A DNA stretch of 63,069 nucleotides, filler included, from Reticulomyxa filosa (taxonomy: Eukaryota > Protista > Foraminifera): NCBI GenBank assembly GCA_000512085.1. It is 21 parts of 21 records of this genome, joined end to end, with 100 filler letters (N's around TTAATTAATTAA, not from the genome) between each part and the next. Parts side by side here need not be neighbours in the genome. Positions count along the whole stretch, not along the records: positions 11,754 to 19,320 come from ASPP01028112.1; positions 19,421 to 23,126 come from ASPP01024244.1; positions 23,227 to 24,728 come from ASPP01028227.1; positions 24,829 to 26,181 come from ASPP01036875.1; 17 more parts are not named here. One strand, written 5' to 3'. Within the stretch, counting starts at the first letter, position 1; each line of letters begins with the position of its first letter. A program made the position numbers and the translations under genes. The notes under the pieces were generated by a model. It saw only the letters and a program-made list of their open reading frames with translations. It had not been told where the DNA came from and made no database searches. Shown here one piece after another: positions 12,407 to 25,623 of this stretch.

Positions 12407-13956
12407 ATGCGTTTGACAGTTGATTTAGTTCGTTGGGCGGACGTGTATATAAACGCCATAAGACAACATGAAGTAAACCTTCGTAGTTATCAAATTCCAC
12501 TGATTGAGAACTTGGCAATACTTGAAGACCAATATGATTCCATTGATTTAAGCGACAACTCCATTGAAACCTTGGAGAACTTTACGCTAATGCCACGACT
12601 GAAAAGTTTATTATTTCACAACAACAAAATCCGCAAAATCGCCAAAGGCTTAGGGAAAGATTTGCCCAACTTAGAAAATCTGATGTTGTCCAACAATCAC
12701 ATACAAACAGTTAAAAATTATAATAATATTTATTCTTCCTTCTCATATTCTTATTTTTTAAAACTTTTGTAAGATACAACTCAATCAATTACATATCATA
12801 CACAACAACAAAAACAAAAGTTGTCGGATTTGGAAGGAATAGCCGAGTTGAAGAGTTTAATCCGAGTGAATTTATTGGGCAACCCAGTGATGAAAGAGCG
12901 AAACTATCGTTTGTGGGTAATTGCACACTTGCCACATCTGCGAATGCTTGATTTCCAAAAAGTCAAAACTTCGGTCAGTTTATTTTATCTGCTTTCTTTT
13001 GCTTTGTGGACAAAACAATCTCGGTGTCCCTTATAACTTTGTCCTCTTTTTTTTTTCGGAGCTTTTTCCCCTTTTCAAATTTTTTTTTTTTTGAAAAGCA
13101 AAGTGCGACCCCTTTCCAAAAAAAATGTGCCAACTTTTTTGCTGACAATGCTTTTTATCAGTAAAATCGATTTTTTTGATGTTGTTGTAGAATACAAAGA
13201 AAAGTGATTTTGTTTTTTCTTTTCTCTTTTTATGATCAAAGCTGTTCAGTGAAAATTGAAAAAAAAACACAAATGACAGGGCAAATGAAGATAGCATCCG
13301 TAAAAGTGTCGTGTGTCAAAGGTATCCATAAACTGAGTGGCTTGTGCCCAAATTGTGAATTTAACATTCCCAAAAAAATTAATGAATAACTAAACAAAAG
13401 TAAATTGAAACTAATCCCAAACACAATTCGTAAAATGTGGCTCTTCAAAATCATTTGCTTTTTTTGATTATACAAAAATGAAACTTGAGAGAAGAAAGAA
13501 AAAACGACAAACTTTGAAACTTGTTGTTGGTAAAATAAACATAAATAGGAAAGAAATGAAGCGTACGCCATGTTTCCAAATGAAAAAAAAAAATTACAAG
13601 GGCAGAAGAAAAAAAAACAAAATGAGAAAAAAAAATCGAAAGCGAATGAAAACAAACAATCTGCAAAAAATTTACAAGATACAACAATTCCTGTTCAAGT
13701 CAATGGACAGACTGAACACAACAAAATGGATGTTGATAAGGATGGTGATATTGAAATGAAACACGAGGCCAACCAAGATCATATCACTTATCCAAGCGCT
13801 CGGTTGGCTTTCACCGAACAACAAAGACACTTATTAGCACAAGCTATATTGAATGCGAAAACTGCAGAAGAAGCAGATAGACTGGAAAAAATTTTGGAGT
13901 CAGGGCAAATTCCATCAGAAGGATTAGAAGAGTTTTTAAAACAAACAGCTCCATGA
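12407..13956 (+). CDS. SNRPA1: U2 snRNP protein A'; exons 12407-12709, 12821-12973, 13549-13956
   Basis: MRLT start, IPLIENL, DQYDSIDLSDN LRRs, LRRcap (GNPV...NYRLWVIAHLPHLRMLDFQKVK) and C-terminal AILNAKTAEEADRLEKILESG. Both GT-AG introns are in frame. Confidence 0.92.
13279..13349 (+). ncRNA. Candidate intronic box C/D snoRNA
   Basis: Lies in the unusually long (575-nt) intron 2 of U2A'. Terminal stem GGGCA/TGCCC, box C-like ATGAAGA (13285-13291) and box D CTGA (13333-13336). Confidence 0.3.
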
Positions 13957-14423
13957 TAAAAAAAACATTAAAGAATAAAAGAAAGATTATTGATTTTTTT
14001 TCCAGTTATCATTATTTGTTGTTTAATTTTTAAAAAATACTGGTAAATGACGAGAACCCACGTTTGTTCGTTCTTTTCAAAAAAATAAGTGAAAAAGTCT
14101 CTTTGCTTCAAATATTATATTCACTTTTAAGGTATTATAACAGCCGTATTAATTAGCTTTTCATAAACTATCAAAAACTTTTTCCGCTATTGCATTTGTT
14201 AAAAGCTAATGGATGAAAAACTCAGAAAATATTAATTATGAACAAACTAAACTATATTGGTAGTTGAAAATGTATGTAAATGGTTCAATAAAAAAATTTG
14301 TGAAATTTAATTTGAAAATGAGAGAAAGAATGTATTTTGTCTTAAAAATGAAACTAAAATAATGATACATTTAATCGTCTTTGAGTTGAAAATTCAAAAG
14401 TTTGTTGAAATGTAAAGGTCATT

Positions 14424-17400
14424 TCACATTTTTTTGAGCAATTCACTTTGAGTCAATGACTTCAGTTCTCTTTGACGCGTTTGCATAACGACACTAATTT
14501 CAACTTTTTCTTTCCAAAGTGACAATAAGTGTCCACTTCTATTCTTTGCTGAAACAAAGCCACTTTTAACATTTTCGCGTTGTATTTCATCGGAAATTGT
14601 TAAATGCATAATTACAGGGCCTTTTGTAAATTTGGTACCATAAATAATACTGACCATATCAGTGGACTGAGAATTTGTTTCAATCACACTTACTCTTTGT
14701 CTTTCTTTTCTTTTTCCTTTTCTTTTTCTTTCTCTTTTTCTTTTTCCCTTTCTCTTTCTTTTTCTTTATCTTTATCCTTGTCCTTTTCTCGTTCTTTTTC
14801 TTTTTCTTTGTCTTTTTCTTTTTCTTCCTCTTTTATTTCTTGATCAATACCACTCAAACCGCCTAATTCCCCCATTGCAGAAGCATCTCCAGCGACAACA
14901 CTAGATTTGGGAGGGTTAGTATTTTCACTTTCATTAGAATAGAAATACTCCAATTCTCGTTCGTTTTTGTCTGAAGCAAGAAGAGCGAGCCCAACAGATG
15001 ATATATCTTTCTTTTCTTTGTCTTTGTCCTTTTCTTTTTCCTTTTCCTTTTCTTCCACTTTTACAAATTCGGCCTCAACAATGATTACATCATTATGTAC
15101 TCTTGTACGGGTGAAAGGCCAATCTACGCTTTCTTTCGCTACATCGGCATCTTTTTCGTCGACAAATACCAGTCCTGCAGTGGTCACAATAAGCACACAC
15201 TCTTTCGTGCGTTTGCCAAGCACATCTTTGTTTTTAATGATTTTTCGAATTAACAATGCATTGGCATGGGTGATATATTCTTCACCGCGATGTCTGCATT
15301 CCAATCGATACTTGAGTGAGGAGTATTCCAAACATTGAAATGGGTTTTGTTTCAGATTCAATTTCCGTTCGATCTTTTCATGATTAGGGCCGGTATTGGC
15401 TGCTAATCCTTTGGAAGTTGCGCTGACTAAATCGAGTGCTCCAGAAATGGGCTTGGTAAACGCACCTACCAAACCTGTTCCCATGCCTTTAAGAAATCCC
15501 CATGCACCGTCTTCTCGAAGACCTCGAGAAGGATTGCTCACAACTCCACTTAATCCCCCAATTACAGACTGCGAAAATGAGACAACTCCGGAAGCCAGTC
15601 CGCTTGTGACCGAGTCTGGAGCGGAGGTACGTATGGCGTGACGAGACTGTGTATAAGGATCGTCGGTGGCCAACCGCTCCAAATTTCTGGCCATGGAGTC
15701 ACTAAACGTGGATACACTGGTAAACGTGCCTTCGCTGACATGTTGTACCAACGCCAAAAAGCCTCGCCCGATTCCCCAGAAGAACGCCTGCGGTCCGTCG
15801 TGTAAACTGGACATTGGGATCGACACGAGATCGCGAAATCCGGAGCCAACGGACTCAACAAATTGAGTTGGATTTCCCAACAAATTCAACGATCCCATCA
15901 CTACAGGAGATCGCAAAAATATATCAGCCAAATACGCAGCGGACAGTTCATGCAATAAATGATCCGGAGCGCATTGAACATTCGACAAATTGACAGGTTG
16001 CAGCACCAAAGGAGCCTTGCCCACGCCGACGAATACTGGGATCTCCGACACTGACACAGACAATCGCAACACGATTTCGCTGACATTACACGAGTGAATA
16101 AACAAACGCGGCCGTGTCACAGACCAAATCAACTGGGTAAACTCTTCATCGACGCCTGTTTCTTTTCGAATCCATTCGTTCCAGCTGCGTCTATTTGGCT
16201 TGATGCATTTTCGGACAGAGCCACTCGTTTTGTCGAAGACGGCCCTTCCAGAGACAGAGAAAAGTTTGGAGTCCGCACGTACAATGCAGTCCGCAACAAA
16301 GTAAACAGCCGCAACACAATGGTATCGGACGTGTTTACCAGGAAAGGATGTACGTATACGGATATGAGTCGAAAATCTGGAAAATGTCCATCAATGTCCG
16401 CATCAGCTTGGGTCCCATCAATATGCCATGTAGATGCGTCGATATGATCAACAGGAGACTGCCACACGCAAGTAATCATAAGTTTGGTATCTTTGGAGCG
16501 CCAATGTTTTTTTTATGCGTCGGATCAAAGCACGCCATGACAGGGAACTCGGGTCGCATGTGTTGATCGTCCAATTGGAATGACTCGAGTTTGATATTGA
16601 TAGAGGTTTGACAGCACAAGGAATACGAGGAGGTGTCGATAGGAGGGAGCGGGTTAACAGCAGGAGGTGATGCCGTCAATGAGGGCCTTGGACTGGAATA
16701 CGAATGAACTGTGGGTTTTGATTTGAAATGCGTAGTTGTCGTCGGCCATTGCTCTTGTTTGTGTTTGGAGTAATCAATGGTCAAATTGCGCAAATAACCA
16801 TTGGCCAGTTCGCAAATGTCGCGAGCATTTTCCTCTTGTAATCGTACGCTGATGGATCGAAAGCAAACACGAATCGACTGAGACTCCATTTTGCGAGGTT
16901 TGGAGTGGACCTGCGTGGCACCCCATGTCCTTTCATCTTGGAGGGATGTCCATGCCAAAGAGCGGGAATTACTTCCACCACGTGCGTGGCACGGCGAACA
17001 AGTACGCGGACATTCAATAGCAAGTCGTTGGCAGTGTTGTCATTGTTGTTTTTCTTTTGCAGCATAATGACCTTGGACCACCCATGACGCAATGGAATGC
17101 CTTCGGAGGACTTGTATCCACCCACGCCAAAGTCAATGTAACCGGGACGAGATTCTTTTCAAAGATCTTTTCTTCGTCGGCCCACTCTTCGACTGTCTTT
17201 GCAGTAATGTCACTTTCGCTCATGTGTTGGGTATGACCAGAAGAAGAAGAAGAAGAGGCGGTGGAGATAGAGGGGAAAAGGTCCCTCCATTGATTGCCAT
17301 CGCTCCTCCAATCGAAGGCACTGCTTTGACGAGGGGCGATTTGATGGAATATCCACTTTTCTTCCTTTTGCTCTTCGTTTGGCGTGCGACAAAAGTTGAG

Positions 17401-19178
17401 CGTGTGGTCGGTGTCATTGCGAATGAGACAAGGAGGCTGGCCACAGCGAAACAATACCGTGTGCACGACATTGCGATGCAATATCGTGACAAATGAAATC
17501 AAGTCCTCAAAATTCTTTGTCGTGTTCTTCACGATCACATGTCTTCGTCCTCGACTCATTGAACTTGGAATGAACAATTGATTCGACCAATCCCATTCTT
17601 CCCCTTCTCCTTCTTCTTCTTCTTTCTTCTTTTTCTTCTTTTTTTCTTCTTTTTTTTCTTCTTGATTGTTCAAAGACAACTTGCGTTTCGATTCAAACTT
17701 TATTCGAACGGCGCTGCTCACAACCGGACGAGACTCGGTCGGGTCGATACGTACACGCCAATGACACAGTGTAGCAAAGGAGTCGCGTTCGACGCGGACA
17801 ACTGCATTGGAGTCTAAATCCGTCAAAGGGACGGCCTCGTTGGATTGAGGGACCATGCCACAAGGCCACAAGAGGACGGCACGGCCCATTCGATTGTGCA
17901 GGATATGCTTTGGACGAATCGATAGTACTGTGCATTGTTCGGTCACATCCACCGTCACTACGCACACGGTGAGATAGTTATCTTTTCCTTTCATTTGCAC
18001 CTGATAGCTTTTGCCATGCTCGCAGGGGCCGATGCTCCCTACTTTCGACCAGTACTGCATCGCGTCTTTGTCTACGCCTTCCAATGCGATTTGCATTGAC
18101 TTTATCCAGTCTGTCGACCAAAACACGGATTCGCTCGAACGAGGGTTTACTATTGTCACGAATGGATGGCCACTATCTATCGACCCTGGTCCCGATACCG
18201 ATGTCGATACCAATCCTGATCCCGATATCGACCCTGGTCCTGATCCTGATCCTGATCCTAATCCTGATGATAATCCCGACAACACTCGTGCCCACAAACG
18301 ATGTTCGGTCAGGTTTTCAATGCGATACGTGCAATGGACCGAGAAGCAAAGTGTGGATTGCTTCATGTCTTGAGCGTTGACTTTGTACAGTGGCAGCCAA
18401 TGGCCGTCTTTACGGTACTTGGATGAAGATACTTTCACAGTCCTTTTAGACAATACGATTGCAATGACACGTTGGTCGCTTTTTCAATGGGCACGATTGG
18501 GTATTTTGCGCGCTCGCTCTCGCTGCCGAAAAAACAATCGGTGCTTTGCTGGTATACTACCACGTACTCGCCATTTCGATTGTCGTGGCCATTGCTTGGC
18601 TTCGACGGAGCTCCCATTGGCTCTGTGTTTTCTTTGTCAGTCATCAGTGCTGTTTTCTCGTCTTCCAGATCCAATGAGTTTTCCGAATTCATATTTGCAC
18701 TGACGTTACTGATATTATTGGTATTGGTATTGGTATTGGTATTGGTATTGACATTGACATTGGCATTGACATTAGAATTGATATTGGAGTTGGCATTGAT
18801 ATTTGCATTGGCATTGGCAATTATGTTGTTGTTGTTGTTGTTATTGACATTAGAATTGATGTTGACATTGATATTGGTATTTGTGTTGGGGGCAGAGTCA
18901 TCCAATCCGCTTTTGCCTCGATTCCCAACGGATGGAGACGGAGGCAGAGTATTAGCCTCCAATTCTCCTTTTCGAATATCTTGGAAGCGACATCCAAATG
19001 ACACACAATCCTCGCGAAACAATGTCGGCTTCAAACTCATGACGGCAACTCCAGGGCGGTTTTCGACACATAGCACCACTCGATGGTCCACTTCACTCTT
19101 CAGGTCAGGGAGAATCAAACACGACAGACATTCCTTGGGACGAATCAAAAATCCATTTTCTCGAACATAGGCATGCAT
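14424..19178 (-). CDS. VPS13: VPS13-family lipid transfer protein, C-terminal part, VPS13B-like (several 1-nt frameshifts)
   Basis: GSLNLLGNP, GIGRGFLALVQHVSEGTFTS...MARNLERL and GFLKGMGTGLVGAFTKPISGALDLVS are VPS13_C/ATG2_C motifs. VAB-like repeats lie upstream and a PH-like end downstream. Confidence 0.85.
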
Positions 19179-19470
19179 TTCGACATTGGGTATATCTATT
19201 ATATTGCTATTGTTATTGCTATTGTTACTATTCGCATTACTATTGTTATTATTATTATTATTATTATTATTGTTATTACTATTGTTATTGCTATTGCTAT
19301 TGATATTATTAATGTTATTGNNNNNNNNNNNNNNNNNNNNNNNNNNNNNNNNNNNNNNNNNNNNTTAATTAATTAANNNNNNNNNNNNNNNNNNNNNNNN
19401 NNNNNNNNNNNNNNNNNNNNTTTTTTTTTTTTTTTTGTATGTGTTGAAAAACAAATAAAATCACGCAAAA

Positions 19471-19794
19471 ATGACAGCTTCAGATATGTGGGCGATTGGA
19501 GTGGTTACATTTGAGTTACTGACTCGAAAGAAATGCTTTGCCTGCGACGAAAACGAGGAAAAAATTAAACGACGCATTTTGCGCAATGATTGGAGTTTCC
19601 CAATGGTTAATGATTACCGCGAAAAAAATGTAGCGGAAGAGTGTAGATTGTCGCCTTTGGCAAAACATTTTGTTCATTCTTTGTTGGCGAAAGACCCTGC
19701 ACACCGATTGTCAGCTACAAAGGCGCTAGTTCATCCTTGGTTTGCTCAGTCTATTGCTTCTGTGCGAAGTAATGATCAAGGATTACCGGAATAA
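19471..19794 (+). CDS. Ser/Thr protein kinase (CAMK-like), last exon
   Basis: SDMWAIGVVTFELL (subdomain IX) and LSPLAKHFVHSLLAKDPAHRLSATKALVHPWF (subdomain XI). Confidence 0.85.
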   Translation: MTASDMWAIGVVTFELLTRKKCFACDENEEKIKRRILRNDWSFPMVNDYREKNVAEECRLSPLAKHFVHSLLAKDPAHRLSATKALVHPWFAQSIASVRSNDQGLPE

Positions 19795-20558
19795 AACAAG
19801 TTTTTGCTACCTTCCCAATGAAACTTTTTTGATCATTGAAATTTGATAGCATGTTTTTTTTTTTCGGTTTGTGGATAACTTGCGTTTTTCTAGGTGTTTT
19901 TTTGGTGCAAGGAATAAATTTCGTTTTGTATTGTTTTAGAATTTTTGTTTGACGGCGCGACTTATAAACTTTATTTTGGTTGTGTATTAACTGTTTTTTC
20001 AATTTATTTTTTTTGCCTATTGGTCTATTGGAATGTATCGAACTCCAACGAAGTATAAATAGATCAAGGCCAGTAGTTTGAATGTGCTACAATCTTTAGC
20101 TTATGAAGCAATTGAATGTATTTTGACTGAGGCAATATTTGCGACGGTGATTCATTTCTATATTATTAGCTTATTGTGGATTTTGTTTTGTAGATTGTCT
20201 TATGCTCGGTTAAAACTTGCTGCAATGTTTGTCTTTTTTATTTTTGAACAAAGTTATGTGGCAAAAAAAGACCACCTAGCATCCAAACACTTATGGGATA
20301 CGTCTGAAAAACAATATATTTTGGGGGAAAAAAAAGTTTGACGGTCCTACGTTGCCTTCCTACAAAATAAATAATGGCTAAATATCTACAACCCAAGCTT
20401 TTTGAATAATTTATTGGCTAATGAGGTAAATTTAGTGCATCCATGTCGAAACGCAATGCGGAAAATAACATTTTTATATTTGTAAACCCAAAAACATAAT
20501 TTTTACAACGACAAAGAACAGAATAATGTTCGAGTTGAAGCGATAGAAGGAAAGCATT

Positions 20559-22053
20559 CTAAGGTATCTTGGGTTGTGCCTTGGCCCACTTTTCAAATGT
20601 CTGTTGAAAAGAAATGTATTGAACATGTGAGGAAAAAGAACAAAGCGAAAGGTAACATAATAAATTCTGGAGAATTAACTTTAGTTTTTTGAAATCTTGT
20701 GAAGGGATCTCTCAGATTTGTGTAAACTTCTGCCAAACTTCTATCAATAGCATTTAGGATATTGTGGACCAGCTTGATTGGCATGTCTTCAATGTTATCT
20801 TTGACAGCAGCGGACATCATGTTCTTGCTCAAAGCTTTCTGAGAAGGTTTCAGATCATTCCCTTTGCCCATAAAATAGACAGTGATGGAGCGCAAGTTTT
20901 GAAAACTCGGACGTGAAGGTTGCTTGGGAGTCAGGTTGTTGTTACGTACAGTTAAATGCATTGTATCCTTTATAATCGTATTATCTTTGTGAAAGGTGGT
21001 ATCCAAATGTTGTGGATCGTTATCACTCGTATTACCACTGTCTCGATACGTGTTCACAGCCAATTCGTCATCCGTCATTTTATGGTCACTTGATTGTTTG
21101 TCATCCGTCGTATTGGTATGATTCGAAAAAACATCATCGAGTTTTTTTTGGTTGCCACTGACTGTCACATCAGAACGCATGTGAACAAGTTCAGTTGGTT
21201 TATGTATGTCATGAGGAGTTGGGTTCGAATCTTGCTGTTTTTGTGAGGACTGACGTAATGCAAGCTCCGGATCAGGACTTTTCTCTCTATTGCCAAGAGT
21301 CAATGTCGTCGCTTCTCCATTGGTCACCGCAGCCACACCTGCGCCCGGTGAGGCGCTCATTGTCCTGGAACGACTTGTGTTATTCTTTTCCTCTTCTTCT
21401 TTTTTCAGCGTATTACTCGATTTGCCACCCAAAATATCTTTTTTCTCTGTCACTATTTTTTCAGGAACACTTGCGTGCACTTCATCATTTGTACGTTGGG
21501 TGTCAATCCCCGAAAAGTTGGAGCGGCCAGTGACATTTTCAAACTTGTCTTCCAATTCACTCAGTTCTTTGTCGATTATTTTATCATTATTGGATGGATG
21601 GGGCTCCGATGGGTCAGGCGTCGCCGAGATTTTTCTTGGTACAGCTGGTCACAAGGTGGTAAAATTATAAAATTAAATACATGTACAAACATGCATCACA
21701 TACATTATATGCATACGTACACGCACGTGCACAGACAAACATACTCACTAATTGGTATATCCATTCTTGAGTTCCTGGCAAAAAAGTCGTCTTGATTACT
21801 GTGACTGGTACTACCTTGTATCGTCATTTCAACAATGCCGTCCGTTTCTTCGTCTGGATAACCCGAGTCATCCACATTGATCGTGGAATGTTGCATATGC
21901 GAGGATGCCAACAGTTTCGTTTCATTGTGGTTTATCGTCACTTCCGACGCTTGACCTCCGTCTCTTGTGTCCATGATCGTTTCCAATGTGGTCGAATTTT
22001 TTCCAATTCTTACTGTGTATTGATCTGCTTGCGGGACTTCTAATACGTGCATC

Positions 22054-22089
<36 letters not shown>

Positions 22090-23058
22090 TCCCCGTTCTT
22101 TGTAGCTTTGCCCTTTTCAAAAAAAAAAAGGGAGTAAGAACGTACCTCATGCTTCTGGGGATGTTTCATATTGACAGGATTGAGGAGAAGAGTGTCAAGA
22201 GTAGCTGCACGCTTTCGTTGTGAATTGGGATGAAGATTTCCAGCGCTGTGTTTGTTCATGGCGGATCCGATGGAACGATTTCTCTTGTGATCAGGATGAT
22301 GAAGAGAATTGGGATCAGAATCGACCTTCGTGTTGGGATATTGATTAAACTGTGATTTCAACTTTTGATTGTCTTTTTTTTTCAAGGATTGATTTTGGTC
22401 CGTCTTTTCATTAGCAATCTTGTTACTATTGCCATTGTCATTGCTATTGTTATTGTTATTGTTATTACTGCTGCTTTTGCTCGTAGCATTCTCATTCTGT
22501 TGCGTGTTGGCATCCTCATGTTTCGCTTGTGGATGAAGACTGGGCGGTTTTTCTTTGGTATCGCGAATGGACAGTTTGTGATGTGTTTCAATATGTTTTT
22601 GCTGCAATGAAGACGCTGACGTTTTTGGAGAGCGCAATCCTGCAACTCCAAGATTGAACTTTTTGTCTTCCTTGGCCATTTGCTGCTGCTGCTGCTCGGA
22701 TATGGTGGCAGGTATGGAGTTATTCCCCGAGGAGGGACGAAGGCTATTTGGAATAGGAGATCCTCCCATCCATTCCGCAGGCTCATTCACTGAGGGCTCA
22801 ATGATATCGTCACGACTGTCACTATCGAGCGTAATACCCAAATAATGGCACACTTCAACGTATACTTCACGGCATCTCGAACGTTGTTCCCAGCTGATGT
22901 TTATCTGCGCAGGCGCCGACAGGTAGTGTCCATCGTCAATATATTTCTCATACAACGCAAGATATCGCAGGCCTACCGTAGGGAATTGCGATATTATCCG
23001 AGATTCTGGAAGTCCTTTGGGCAAAGGAAACAACATCGTATTGTCGCAGGCTTTCGGG
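20559..23058 (-). CDS. RGS-domain protein, 5' truncated; exons 22146-23058, 21749-22055, 20680-21644, 20559-20600
   Basis: LYEKYIDDG...SAPAQINIS and AIDRSLAEVYTNLRDPFTRFQKTKTFEKW match the two halves of an RGS box. A long low-complexity insert separates them. GT-AG introns are in frame. Confidence 0.7.
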
Positions 23059-24283
23059 CTGTTTACATTTTTATGTATGCATATTACATAATATATACAT
23101 ATACATATACATATATATATATATATNNNNNNNNNNNNNNNNNNNNNNNNNNNNNNNNNNNNNNNNNNNNTTAATTAATTAANNNNNNNNNNNNNNNNNN
23201 NNNNNNNNNNNNNNNNNNNNNNNNNNCAAAGTTCTTCTTTTCGTAAAAAATATATCAATGATATATTTCAATAGAAATCTTTTTTTTTTTTTTTTTGTCA
23301 TTATTTTTTGTTCAAACACTTTTTTTAAATTCAAGTTTTGGTATTTATTTTTAATCCAAAAAAAAAATATACACAAATGTTTTAATTCAATTTTTTCCAT
23401 CTTTTTTTATTATTGAAAAATTTCACATATGACTTTAAAACGATCATCACCTTGGTATAATTTAAGTGAAAGGAAATTATGAAATATAAATATTCGTTTT
23501 GTAGTAGGACGTTTAAACAAAGATTATTCTTAAAGGAATATATTTCAACATGTCGAAGAGCAATTGAAAGCAGAGACTTGTGGAAAGGAAACAAAAGAAG
23601 CATTAACAGCTTTATTTCAGGCACTAGAGGTGGATACAGCAATAAAAAATAATGCAACTCTGCAAACAAGCTTACAAAGTAAGGAAGAAGTGTCCGCAAA
23701 TTGTTACGTTGGGAAAAACAGGACCTTATACAACTGCCAAATGCGCATATGAAAGTCAATACTTAGGAACAGATTGCACTACGTTTGATTCTTACGCAAA
23801 AAATCATTTACTGGGAGATATGGGCAAGAGTTTCTATAGTGGATTTACATTCCACTTTGGCTTGACGTGCTGGAAATGTTTTTTGAAAAGTTGGCTATGC
23901 TGTGATTGAAATTGAAGAAATTAGAATTGGTAAATCAAATATTTCAATGGCTGTTCAAGAGAATAAATGTAAATGGTAAAAGGCAATCAGGAGATGGCAT
24001 TCCAAAGACTCTTTGTGTTTTCATTAGAAAAAGGAATGAAACTGGTTATCATCTTATAAAACACTCATATTGATGCAAATGAAAAAACTGTGCAAAAACG
24101 TGGAACAACCAAGAACAACAAAGGCCATTGCCTTGCAATATTCAAATATTCAAATTACATTATACACAACACAAATATTTTTTGAGAATATTCCAAGCAA
24201 AAAATACTTTCTCAAATATTCAAACGATATTTAAAAAAAAAAGAGAAAAAAGAGATTATAACAAACAAACAAACAAAAAAATA

Positions 24284-24728
24284 TTAAGTAGTATTAGGTG
24301 AAGCCACTTGTGATTTAGAATGACTAATACTAACACTTTGTGATTGAGTTGCTTGGTGAGTGGCAGCAGGTACTTCATAATCCTCTTCTTTACCTTCACT
24401 TATAGCAGGTGGAGGATTGTGTTTAGAGCCAGACAAAGTCTGTTGCATCAAAGCACCCAATGCTTTACTGGTGTCACGACGATGCAATGCACGGGTCATT
24501 TTGGTGGTTCCCATGGAATGATCAAATTGTCCCCATCGAAGTGAGACGGTATCGCATTTGGGCTCAATATTATCTTTCACAGCCCGAACAGCGTCAGGAA
24601 TATTTTTGTAAACCCTCAATTTTGAAGCATTATAATTTAATTCCAAAACGACCAAATGAGGAGACATTAAAGCGGCATACATGTTGGAGGCGGAAGACGA
24701 TACAGCATCATCAGATTTCTTTATGTTT
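24284..24728 (-). CDS. 3' end of a hypothetical protein
   Basis: Frame is open from the contig edge to the stop at 24284 and has coding-like composition. RVYKNIPDAV weakly resembles the end of a STAS domain. Confidence 0.45.
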
Positions 24729-24828
24729 NNNNNNNNNNNNNNNNNNNNNNNNNNNNNNNNNNNNNNNNNNNNTTAATTAATTAANNNNNNNNNNNNNNNN
24801 NNNNNNNNNNNNNNNNNNNNNNNNNNNN

Positions 24829-25623
24829 TTATTACTCTGTAATGGTGAAATATCCACACATCGAACACAACCTTCATGTCCTTTGAGCGCATGCAATGAT
24901 TTGGATGTTTCAATATCCCATAAACAAATAGTTTTATCTTCAGATCCAGAACATAAATATCTACCACCATTAAATGGTGAAAATTCAATTCCACCAACCC
25001 AACCTGTGTGTCCATTAAATATTTTTAATTGCTTATTATCTTTAAAATCCCAAAAACGAATGGTTGTGTCAACTGATGCAGAACAAATAACATTACGACA
25101 ATAATTATGATAATAATACTGTGAAAATTTCACGCAGGCTACAGCATTTGAATGTCCATCAAATGATTGAGTTTGTTTGTTGTTACGTAAATTCCATACA
25201 CGAACTGTGTTATCAGATGATCCAGAACAAATGAATTGATCATCATTCAATATTGAATAATCAATACTCCACACAGTATTGGTATGTCCAGCAAATGTAT
25301 TGATTAATTTGGATGATGAAAGAAATGCACCAAATATGAAGACCGTACTTGCCTATGTTAAAATTATAAGTATGGATATATATTTGTGATTGAATTAAAA
25401 TAAAAAACATAACATAGTTGACAACAATTTTGTCAAAATCATGAATCCATCCGAGTTTAATGTGTAATATCCGAATCCAATGTTGAATAATGACTTGAAT
25501 CTCTTCTCTTAACTGAAATAAATATGATAAGTATAATAAAAAAACTAAAAACAATTAGATTGAAATGAAGTTTACCAATGCTGGTCGTGTTGAAGGTTGT
25601 TTTTCATTAATATGAGCCGCCAT
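24829..25623 (-). CDS. WD40-repeat protein, 5' part
   Basis: Short first exon MAAHINEKQPSTRPAL, then the 99-nt exon 25414-25512, then WD repeats (GHTNTVWSIDYS...SGSSDNTVRVWN). Confidence 0.85.

Noticed and set aside
13279-13349. SECIS element reading (ATGA...AAAA...TGA)
   Set aside because: Helix II does not pair well, and the site is intronic rather than in a 3' UTR.
18472-19170. Hydrophobic ORFs antisense to low-complexity regions (also 48124-48423, 61547-62599, 44006-44584)
   Set aside because: They are shadow frames of Asn-, Pro/Thr- or Glu/Lys-rich coding repeats on the opposite strand.
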